Source of the DNA: an uncultured Bacteroidota bacterium
Lineage (GTDB): Bacteria; Bacteroidota; Bacteroidia; Bacteroidales; P3
Length of the DNA: 64,000 nt
Direction: 5' to 3'
Assembly: GCA_902778925.1 (NCBI GenBank)
Contig: CACYZN010000021.1
Coordinates: forward strand, 3,847 to 67,846
Shown in pieces: positions 18,646 through 25,642 of this stretch. Both the position numbers and the translations under genes were made by a program. Each line of letters starts with the position of its first letter. Position 1 is the stretch's first letter. Under the pieces are notes generated by a model. That model did not search any database. It was not told where the DNA came from and saw nothing but the letters and a program-made list of their open reading frames with translations.

Positions 18646-19296
18646 TTAGACAGTCTTTTCTGAGTTCCATCCAAGTTCTTCCAGCACTTGACGGAAGTGG
18701 GTCTCTGACTGCTCATAGCGTCCTATCGTTGCGGTGTTCATAAGCCCACGCAAGTAGGTGAAGCATATCTCGTTCAGACGGTATATATAGGCTTTGGGGT
18801 CGCTTACGTCAGACAGTCGGTGCTGTTGCATGAGGTCGCACAGAAAATCAACTGCAACATCAACATCGGCATCTGGGCGCAAGTAATTGTGGCTTTTTAC
18901 ATATTCCATGCCGTGTTTCATCATCGAATGCAGTGCTTCGGTATGGAGGTGAAAGAACCGGTCGTGTATTTCCGGGTAGTAGCGCTCTGCCTCTTCAATG
19001 AGACGGTGGTAGCGGTGGTTGGTGTCGGCGCCTACGCGCAACATGTACATAGCCACCAGCAATGGCTCGTCCACCTTCTGGTGTGCCTGTCGGTGCATGT
19101 CGTTTATTTGGTCGTGTACACGCATCAGGCATTCTGCCAGCAGTTCTTCTTTGTTGGCGAAAGTCTCGTACAATGTACGCTTCGACATGTGGAGCGCCTG
19201 TGCTATGTCGTCCATCGTTACGCCGCGGCACCCACGCGAATTAAACATCTGTAGTGCCGTCTCTACGATTTTTTCTTTTGTCTCTTCTGTCGCCAT
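18646..19296 (-). CDS. TetR/AcrR family transcriptional regulator
   Basis: The N-terminal HTH is IVETALQMFNSRGCRGVTMDDIAQALHMSKRTLYETFANKEELL. It heads the efflux operon. Confidence 0.9.
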   Translation of the reverse strand: MATEETKEKIVETALQMFNSRGCRGVTMDDIAQALHMSKRTLYETFANKEELLAECLMRVHDQINDMHRQAHQKVDEPLLVAMYMLRVGADTNHRYHRLIEEAERYYPEIHDRFFHLHTEALHSMMKHGMEYVKSHNYLRPDADVDVAVDFLCDLMQQHRLSDVSDPKAYIYRLNEICFTYLRGLMNTATIGRYEQSETHFRQVLEELGWNSEKTV

Positions 19297-19368
19297 CTTT
19301 GGTCAATACATTGTCTTTGTGTGCCAAGCATGCCTATCTGGCCTATGTCTCGGTGTGCAAAAGCGCTG

Positions 19369-19376
19369 CAAAAATA
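19369..19376 (-). promoter_or_regulatory. -7 box TATTTTTG for the TetR/efflux operon
   Basis: Plus strand CAAAAATA sits directly after the yajC terminator, about 70 nt upstream of ATG 19296. Confidence 0.45.
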
Positions 19377-19413
19377 CAAAAAAAACTCCGGAAACCAACA
19401 TAGTTTCCGGAGT
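19377..19413 (-). terminator. Rho-independent terminator of yajC
   Basis: Stem ACTCCGGAAAC (19385-19395) pairs with GTTTCCGGAGT (19403-19413). On the minus strand it is followed by a run of eight T. Confidence 0.8.
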
Positions 19414-19450
19414 TTTGTCTGTTAAATAATCTTAAAGCCTGCCTAGGCCA

Positions 19451-19732
19451 TTATTTGCGCTCTGGTATTGGACTTAATGTGGCTATTTGGACTTTGATTT
19501 TAACACCCGGAGCTACTTCTACGGTGGCATAGGCGCCGTCGCGACTTACAAATCTTACATGTATCCCGCCGGCCGTCATCAACTCGTCTCCGGCCTTTAG
19601 CGAGTCGCGGTATGCGGCTTCTTTTTTGGTCTTGTCGCTCTGTGGTTTAATCAGGAAGAGGTAAAACACGGCTATCATTGCCACCACCATTATGGCGGTC
19701 TTCCATCCATTTGCAATATCGAGTAGTATCAT
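19451..19732 (-). CDS. yajC: Preprotein translocase subunit YajC
   Basis: 93 aa with a single TM (AIMVVAMIAVFYLFLIKPQ), then LKAGDELMTAGGIHVRFVS. Confidence 0.85.
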   Translation of the reverse strand: MILLDIANGWKTAIMVVAMIAVFYLFLIKPQSDKTKKEAAYRDSLKAGDELMTAGGIHVRFVSRDGAYATVEVAPGVKIKVQIATLSPIPERK

Positions 19733-19789
19733 GTTGTTTGTTGTTTTGTATTGTTGTTCGACGGTGCTTATAACGGCTTACCTATAACT

Positions 19790-20488
19790 TTATTGTGCGA
19801 TGCCATCTTTTAATTGTTCGATTGTCCATGAGAAAGCTCTTGCCATGCGGCCAGCCGGGTTGTTGAAGTGGCCTCCTTGCTCCCATACTAGGGTGGTGCG
19901 GTTGGCCCCGAGTTGTGCCTGCAGACGGGCATGTTCCGCGCGTAGACGGTCGCCGCTGCGTGCCATAGTCTTGTTGCGTGTATACTCTTCACGGTCGCCG
20001 AGGCTGAGGTATACTTGCTTTGCCAGCATAGGGTGGCTGTCAGAGTATTGTGGCCAGTCGCCAGCCCACAACGATGGCGATGCGGCTGCGACAGCCTTGA
20101 AGACGGCAGTCTGGCAGGCTGCCCACATGGCAAACAGGCCCCCCAACGAATAGCCTCCAAGGACAGTAGGAATATCGTGAAGCGGAAGGGCAGGTAGCAC
20201 ATGGTCGGTGATGTAGCGAAGTGTCACTACGGCGCCACTGCCTACCTCTGGCCGGCGACTAACCACCTGCTCGGCCCAAGGCATCAACTCCAGTTCCCAG
20301 TCTACAATAGGCACTGCCACCAGTGCAAACGGTATGTTGGTGGCAGCGGCTATCTGCTCAACCTCTTTGTCCATATCCTCGCCTTGCCGTTCGCTCACAA
20401 CCTGTACTAGCAGCAAGCGAGGTATACCAGACGAGTATACTGTGCACTCGCGGTCGCCAATGGTGTAGTTCTGTTTATCTATTGTCAT
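19790..20488 (-). CDS. Alpha/beta hydrolase (esterase family)
   Basis: 232 aa. The nucleophile elbow is LGGYSLGGLFAMWAA, and a GGH motif lies near the C-terminus. Confidence 0.7.
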   Translation of the reverse strand: MTIDKQNYTIGDRECTVYSSGIPRLLLVQVVSERQGEDMDKEVEQIAAATNIPFALVAVPIVDWELELMPWAEQVVSRRPEVGSGAVVTLRYITDHVLPALPLHDIPTVLGGYSLGGLFAMWAACQTAVFKAVAAASPSLWAGDWPQYSDSHPMLAKQVYLSLGDREEYTRNKTMARSGDRLRAEHARLQAQLGANRTTLVWEQGGHFNNPAGRMARAFSWTIEQLKDGIAQ

Positions 20489-20503
20489 GCGCCTTGTAAA
20501 GAG

Positions 20504-20551
20504 AACAGTTAAGGAGACAGCGGTTAAGCCATACTGTCTCCTTTAACTGTT
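20504..20551 (-). terminator. Stem-loop between hbd and the hydrolase gene (probable terminator/attenuator)
   Basis: AACAGTTAAGGAGACAG pairs with CTGTCTCCTTTAACTGTT (one bulge) around a 13-nt loop. There is no strong U-tract. Confidence 0.5.
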
Positions 20552-20574
20552 ATCTACTTAACTCCCCAGGGGAA

Positions 20575-21411
20575 TCAATATTTGTAGAAGCCTTCGCCGG
20601 TCTTGCGGCCGAGGAGGCCGGCACGGACCATCTTGCGGAGCAGGGGGTGAGGACGATACTTGGGATCGCCAAACTCCTTGTAGAGCACTTCCATGATGGC
20701 GAGGTTCACGTCATTGCCGATGAGGTCGGCCAAAGCCAAGGGACCCATGGGGTGGTTGGCACCGAGCATCATGCACTTGTCGATGTCCTCGGCGGTGGCT
20801 ATACCGTCGGCCAATATACCAACGGCCTCGTTGATCATGGGGATAAGGATGCGGTTCACCACAAAGCCGGGGGCTTCCTTCACCTCGACGGGCTGTTTGC
20901 CGATGCTGGTGGCCAGGTCGACGACGCACTTGCACACCTCGTCGCTGGTCAGCTGGCCGCGGATTACCTCGACCAGGGCCATGCGGTCGGCGGGGTTGAA
21001 GAAGTGCATGCCGATGAACTGGGCGGGACGTTTGGTGCAGGCAGCAATCTCGGTGATGCTCAGCGAGCTGCTGTTGGTGGCGAAGATGGTCTCGGGTTTG
21101 CAGATGCCATCCAGCTCGGTGAATACGTCTTTCTTGAGCTGCATCTCTTCGACGGCGGCTTCGATGACGAGGTCGGCATCGGCGAAGGTGGCGTAGTCGG
21201 TGGTGGTGGTGATGTTGGCGAGCAGGGCGTCGACGGCCTCCTGGGTCATCTTGCCTTTCTCGACGAGCTTGCCGTAGCCCTTGCTGATGCTGGCCATGGC
21301 TTTGTCGAGGCTGGCCTGGGTGCGGCTCTTCATGACGACGGGCATCTTGGTGGCGAAGGCTTTCACAATGCCTTTGGCCATAGTGCCGGTTCCAATAACA
21401 CAGATTTTCAT
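20575..21411 (-). CDS. hbd: 3-hydroxybutyryl-CoA dehydrogenase
   Basis: [15 protein letters not shown] is a Rossmann motif. [32 protein letters not shown] and [16 protein letters not shown] are typical of HBD/HADH. Confidence 0.9.
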   Translation of the reverse strand: MKICVIGTGTMAKGIVKAFATKMPVVMKSRTQASLDKAMASISKGYGKLVEKGKMTQEAVDALLANITTTTDYATFADADLVIEAAVEEMQLKKDVFTELDGICKPETIFATNSSSLSITEIAACTKRPAQFIGMHFFNPADRMALVEVIRGQLTSDEVCKCVVDLATSIGKQPVEVKEAPGFVVNRILIPMINEAVGILADGIATAEDIDKCMMLGANHPMGPLALADLIGNDVNLAIMEVLYKEFGDPKYRPHPLLRKMVRAGLLGRKTGEGFYKY

Positions 21412-21437
21412 GTTTCTATCTTTTTAGTGTTAAACGA

Positions 21438-22214
21438 TTATTTCCCTTGAAATTCGTACTTGCCTTTCTCGAGGAAAGCCTTCATGCCTTGCTTCTGGTC
21501 CTCGGTGAGGAAGCAGCGGCCAAAGATGACGCTCTCGTTCTGGATAGCGGCATCGGCATCCATGTCGTACTCGTCGTTGATGCACAGCTTGGCTGCCTTG
21601 ACGGCGAGCGGGGCGTTGGCGGCAATCTGGTTGGCCAGTTCCATGGCCTTGTCCATCAGCTCGGCCTGAGGCACCACGGCGTTGACGAGCCCAATGCGCA
21701 TGGCCTCGTCGGCTTTGATAGCCTTGCCGGTGTATATGAGTTGCTTGGCTATGCCCATGCCCACCAGTCGGGCCAGACGCACGGTGCCGCTGAAGCCGGG
21801 TATGATGCCGAGTCCCACCTCGGGCTGGCCGAAGCGGGCGTTGTCCGAGCAGATGCGAATGTCGCAGGCCATGGCCAGCTCGCAGCCACCGCCGAGGGCG
21901 AAGCCGTTGACGGCGGCGATGACGGGCACGTGCATGGTCTCTATCTTGCGGAAAACGGCGGCGCCGCGGGAGCCGAAGGCTTGTCCTTCAAGCATGCTGA
22001 GGTTGGCCATCTCGCTGATGTCGGCACCGGCCACGAAGCTCTTCTCGCCGTCACCGGTGATGATGAGGCAACGGAACTTGTTGCAGTCGAAGTGGCTGAT
22101 GTAGTCGTCCATCTCTTTGAGGATGGCGCTGTTGAGGGCGTTGAGGCTCTTGGGGGCGCTGATGGTCAGGATGGCCACCGTGCCACGTTCTTCGGTTTTG
22201 AGGTATTGGTACAT
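21438..22214 (-). CDS. crt: Enoyl-CoA hydratase (crotonase)
   Basis: 258 aa. NALNS, FVAGADISEM, VIAAVNGFALGGGCELAMACDIR and FGQPEVGLGIIPG are crotonase-fold signatures. Confidence 0.9.
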   Translation of the reverse strand: MYQYLKTEERGTVAILTISAPKSLNALNSAILKEMDDYISHFDCNKFRCLIITGDGEKSFVAGADISEMANLSMLEGQAFGSRGAAVFRKIETMHVPVIAAVNGFALGGGCELAMACDIRICSDNARFGQPEVGLGIIPGFSGTVRLARLVGMGIAKQLIYTGKAIKADEAMRIGLVNAVVPQAELMDKAMELANQIAANAPLAVKAAKLCINDEYDMDADAAIQNESVIFGRCFLTEDQKQGMKAFLEKGKYEFQGK

Positions 22215-22217
22215 GGT

Positions 22218-24395
22218 TTACTTTGCTACTATGAGTTTGCGAGCCACCTGGCTGTCGGCGCTGCGGAACACCACGGTGTAGTGGCCGGCGGCGAGGCGGG
22301 CGGTGTTGATGTTGTAGACGATGGTGCCCTGGGCGTCGAGCGACGAGGTGTGCACGGTGCGGCCCATGGCGTCGACGATGCTGACGGAGTAGGTCTGGCC
22401 GTCCTTAAGGTCGATCTGCATGCTGGCGCGGTCGGTGGCAGGGTTGGGGTAGAACTGGCCGAAGCCCTGTTCTATGGCGGCCTCGTCGATGCCGGCCAAC
22501 GGACGCTGGGTGCTGCTGTCAGCGGTAGCCCAGTCGCTGCCGAAGGTGAAGGTGATGTCTTCCATGGCCATCGGCATGGTGTCGTAGTCGAAGAACGAGC
22601 TGTCGAACACTATGTTGGTATCGGCAATGGTGCTGTATTGGAAGTTGTAGTAGCCACCCTGGCCTGCAGTCATGGGCTTGGTGATGGTCTTGCCGTTGTT
22701 GCTGGTGGCGCTGATGTAGTAGTCCACATTGACCACTGTGTCGGCCAAAAGCGGGATGGCGCCGTAGAAGCGGTTGTTGTTGGCGGCGAGGCTGACGGTA
22801 TGCCATGTGGTGTCGGGGCCGAAGGGCATGCGCCACATCACTTCGGCGTGGGCGATGCCGCTTTGGTTGGTGATGATGGCGCTGACGGGCAGCGATGCCA
22901 CGTTGCCGCCGGTATTGTAGTGGCCATATATGTTCTTATGCAGTATGCGGATGGGGTTCTCGGCGGGAATCTGCTTGGTGACGCAGTGGATGGCGCCGCC
23001 CGAGCCGTCGAAGGTGCGCACGTCGACCGGATAGATTGTGTAGCCGGGGTAGGCCTGATGGATGGCATCCATGTTGGCGCGGTCCCAGGCGGCCGAAGGC
23101 TCGCCGTTGACGACTTTGGAGAAGCAGGGCTGCAGTATGACGTTGTTCACGAACGTGTGGTTGGAGTAGGTGCGTGTGAACTGGCTATCGTACTCATCCT
23201 GGCTCTCGAAGTTGCCGCCGTTGTTGGTCGAGGGGAAGGGCAGGGTGGCCATGGTGTAGTAGTTGCGGCCGAAGACGCTCTGGTAGGAGCAGAGGGAGTC
23301 GATGTTGCGGGCGCCGGTCTGGTAGTCGTCCCACGACGAGTAGTCGTCGGGCATGACCGAGAAGACGAAGCCGTTCTCGTCGTAGGCGTCGGCATAGAGG
23401 TCTATGTGGCCGGTACCGCCGTCGTACTGGTAGGCGGGCAGTATGTAGGTGGCGCGCTGGCCTATGAGCGATTGCAGGGCCGCCTTCACCTGGCTCTGGT
23501 TGAGTGGTGTGACATGTTTGTAGTTGAGCGAGCTGATGTTGCGTCCGTTCCAGGTGAGCTGGCCGTACTGGTCGGCGTTGTTCGAGTAGAGGGCGTCGCT
23601 GGAGATGACCATGCCAGCGCCGTCGACCAGGCAGTTGCCGCCTTCCCACTCGATGTTGGTCTGCCAGTTGGGGATGCCTTTCTGCCACTGTATGATGGAG
23701 GGCAGCGAGTCGTCGAGGGCGCGACCGGGGTAGTAGGTGAAGTCGAGCATGCCGACCGAGTCTTGGTCGCCATAGTAGAAGCAGATGGGACCGCAGTCGC
23801 GGTACCAGAACGAGTTGCCGGGGCCGTAGAGGAATTTCACGTTGTCGTGGCGCAGGCCCATGCGCTCGAGGGTGCGGAGCACGATGGCCGAGTCGGAGGG
23901 ACGCTCTACGCGCACCCATGCCTCGGCACCGCCCAGCTGTATGCCGTCCATGAGGTAGAAGAAGACACGGCCGAAGGACGAGGTGGTGTCCATCTTGGCT
24001 ATGTAGTTGCCCATGCCGCGGTTTTGCCATCTGCCGTGCACGTACTCGTAGTATTCGGCATAGCCGTTGACCATGGGGTCGGCCGACCATGTGTAGCTGT
24101 TTTCGTGGCCGGGGACGGAATAGCTGTAGGAGGGTGTCACGACGATGGCCTGCACCTCTTCCCACTCGCCGGGGAACCACACGCGGTCTTCGGGCAGGCT
24201 TTTGGCGCCGCCCGCTTTGGCCATTTGCGGCTGGCCGAGGGGTATGTCGGTCTCGAGGTGGTGTTTGGACACGTCGCGTTTCTGCACTTGCTGGCGGAAG
24301 CTGCGTTGCAGCTCTTCGCGCGAAAGCTGTTCGCTTTGTGCCATGGTGCCGAGGCTCAGGGCCAGGGCTGCCAGTATGACGAGGGTCTTTTTCAT
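22218..24395 (-). CDS. Agmatine deiminase / Porphyromonas-type peptidylarginine deiminase family protein with T9SS type-A C-terminal sorting domain
   Basis: 725 aa with a signal peptide. The guanidino-modifying motifs are FWYRDCGPICF, EGGNCLVDGAGMV, GTGHIDLYADA and GGAIHCVTKQIP. The C-terminus is FYPNPATDRASMQIDL...GHYTVVFRS...KLIVAK. Confidence 0.75.
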   Translation of the reverse strand: MKKTLVILAALALSLGTMAQSEQLSREELQRSFRQQVQKRDVSKHHLETDIPLGQPQMAKAGGAKSLPEDRVWFPGEWEEVQAIVVTPSYSYSVPGHENSYTWSADPMVNGYAEYYEYVHGRWQNRGMGNYIAKMDTTSSFGRVFFYLMDGIQLGGAEAWVRVERPSDSAIVLRTLERMGLRHDNVKFLYGPGNSFWYRDCGPICFYYGDQDSVGMLDFTYYPGRALDDSLPSIIQWQKGIPNWQTNIEWEGGNCLVDGAGMVISSDALYSNNADQYGQLTWNGRNISSLNYKHVTPLNQSQVKAALQSLIGQRATYILPAYQYDGGTGHIDLYADAYDENGFVFSVMPDDYSSWDDYQTGARNIDSLCSYQSVFGRNYYTMATLPFPSTNNGGNFESQDEYDSQFTRTYSNHTFVNNVILQPCFSKVVNGEPSAAWDRANMDAIHQAYPGYTIYPVDVRTFDGSGGAIHCVTKQIPAENPIRILHKNIYGHYNTGGNVASLPVSAIITNQSGIAHAEVMWRMPFGPDTTWHTVSLAANNNRFYGAIPLLADTVVNVDYYISATSNNGKTITKPMTAGQGGYYNFQYSTIADTNIVFDSSFFDYDTMPMAMEDITFTFGSDWATADSSTQRPLAGIDEAAIEQGFGQFYPNPATDRASMQIDLKDGQTYSVSIVDAMGRTVHTSSLDAQGTIVYNINTARLAAGHYTVVFRSADSQVARKLIVAK

Positions 24396-24422
24396 TGTGT
24401 TTCTGTATTCGAAGGTGTTGTA

Positions 24423-25295
24423 TTAGCGTTTCTTGAGGCTCAGTATCTCGCGGGCTTCGTCGCTGGTGGCGATGGGGCGGCCGAGGAGTTTGGCCATGCG
24501 CACCACCTTGTCGACCAGCTCGCCGTTGCTCTTGGCCAGCACGCCGCGTTCGAGGTAGAGGTTGTCTTCGAAGCCCACGCGCACGTTGCCGCCCATGACG
24601 ATGGCGGGAGCGGCCAGTGTGAAGGCGTTGCGGCCGATGCCGGTGGCGGTCCAGGTGCTGCCGGCGGGTATGTTCTTCACCATCCACACCAGATTGTCGA
24701 CCGAGGCCGAGGCGCAGCCGAGCACGCCGAGCACGAAGTTGAACTGCATGGGCACCAGGGGCAGGGGCTGGCCGTCGGGGCCGGCTACGCCGAAGGCGCT
24801 GGGCACCTGGCCTTTGCGGGCCATGTGGACTATGGTCTCAAGGTGTCCCATCTCGAAGCACTCGTACTCGGGCTTGATGCCTTTCTCGATCATACGCTTG
24901 CCGAAGGCGCGCATGGTGGGCATGGTGTTGTCGAAGATGTCGTCGCCAAAGTTGCAGGTGCCGCAGTCGAGGGTGGCCATCTCGGGCACGGGGGTGGTGT
25001 TGGTCGAGTCCAGTCGCTCGTCGGGCGTCATGCCCACGGCACCGCCGGTCGAGGGGATAAGTATCACGTTGGGGCACTCTTTCAGTATGGCCTCGGTGCA
25101 CTCCTGGAAGCGCACGTGGCTCTGGGTGGGCGTGCCGTCGTCTTCGCGCACGTGCAGGTGCACGATGGCGGCGCCGGCGTCGACGGCGCTCTTGGCTTCG
25201 CGCACTATCTCTTCCACGGTGTAGGGCACGTTGGGGTTCTGCTCTTTGGTTACTTCGGCGCCGCAGATGGCGGCGGTGATTATCAGTTTCTCCAT
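24423..25295 (-). CDS. Beta-keto acid cleavage enzyme (BKACE/DUF849; 3-keto-5-aminohexanoate cleavage enzyme-like)
   Basis: ATG 25295 gives MEKLIITAAICGAEVTKEQNPNVPYTVEEIVREAKSAVDAGAAIVHLHVREDDGTPT, a typical BKACE N-terminus. Confidence 0.8.
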   Translation of the reverse strand: MEKLIITAAICGAEVTKEQNPNVPYTVEEIVREAKSAVDAGAAIVHLHVREDDGTPTQSHVRFQECTEAILKECPNVILIPSTGGAVGMTPDERLDSTNTTPVPEMATLDCGTCNFGDDIFDNTMPTMRAFGKRMIEKGIKPEYECFEMGHLETIVHMARKGQVPSAFGVAGPDGQPLPLVPMQFNFVLGVLGCASASVDNLVWMVKNIPAGSTWTATGIGRNAFTLAAPAIVMGGNVRVGFEDNLYLERGVLAKSNGELVDKVVRMAKLLGRPIATSDEAREILSLKKR

Positions 25296-25345
25296 GTTGT
25301 TGTATGTTTTATTATTACTAATCCGAACAATTTTCAATCAAGCGG

Positions 25346-25353
25346 CAAAAATA
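25346..25353 (-). promoter_or_regulatory. -7 box TATTTTTG for the BKACE operon
   Basis: Plus strand CAAAAATA lies about 50 nt upstream of ATG 25295. Confidence 0.45.
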
Positions 25354-25430
25354 CAAAAAAAAATACAATCGCAATAAAAAAAGTACTCCCCGGCCATCAA
25401 AAAGCCCTCGCGCCCCCCTCGGCACCCCGT

Positions 25431-25575
25431 CCCCTCCGCTTCCGGTGGCCTCGTTGTACTATTGTTGTACTATTGTTGTACTATCGTTGTACTATTGAAA
25501 ACATAAGAACGATAGTACAACGATAGTACAACAATAGTACAACGATAGTACAACGACCGGAGGAGGGGAAGGGGC
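25431..25575. repeat. AT-rich palindromic element built from 11-bp units, variant copy B (TYGTTGTACTA family)
   Basis: Left arm 25451-25495 is (T[C/T]GTTGTACTA)x4. Right arm 25512-25556 is its reverse complement with 44 of 45 positions matching. The 16-nt loop is TGAAAACATAAGAACG. CCGG and CCCCTCC/GGAGGGG brackets flank the arms. Confidence 0.9.
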
Positions 25576-25605
25576 TTTTTTTCTTACCGGATTAAGAATA
25601 ATTTG

Positions 25606-25613
25606 TATTTTTG
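25606..25613 (+). promoter_or_regulatory. -7 box TATTTTTG for the OmpA/caspase-like gene
   Basis: TAnnTTTG match 30 nt upstream of ATG 25643. Confidence 0.45.
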
Positions 25614-25642
25614 CACTTCGGATTTTGAACAACAACGACAGT

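Noticed and set aside
21447-25526. A 1359-aa stop-free ORF on the plus strand spanning four minus-strand genes.
   Set aside because: It is antisense to crt, the PAD-family gene and BKACE, all of which have clear family motifs. Its translation is Gly/Val/Ala/His/Asp-rich low-information sequence, typical of the reverse frame of GC3-rich genes. It also crosses intergenic gaps and the palindromic repeat. It is an artefact of codon bias.
25431-25575. A CRISPR array as an explanation for the 11-bp tandem units.
   Set aside because: The units are only 11 bp long and directly abutting, with no spacers. They are arranged as inverted arms, and no cas genes are in the window.
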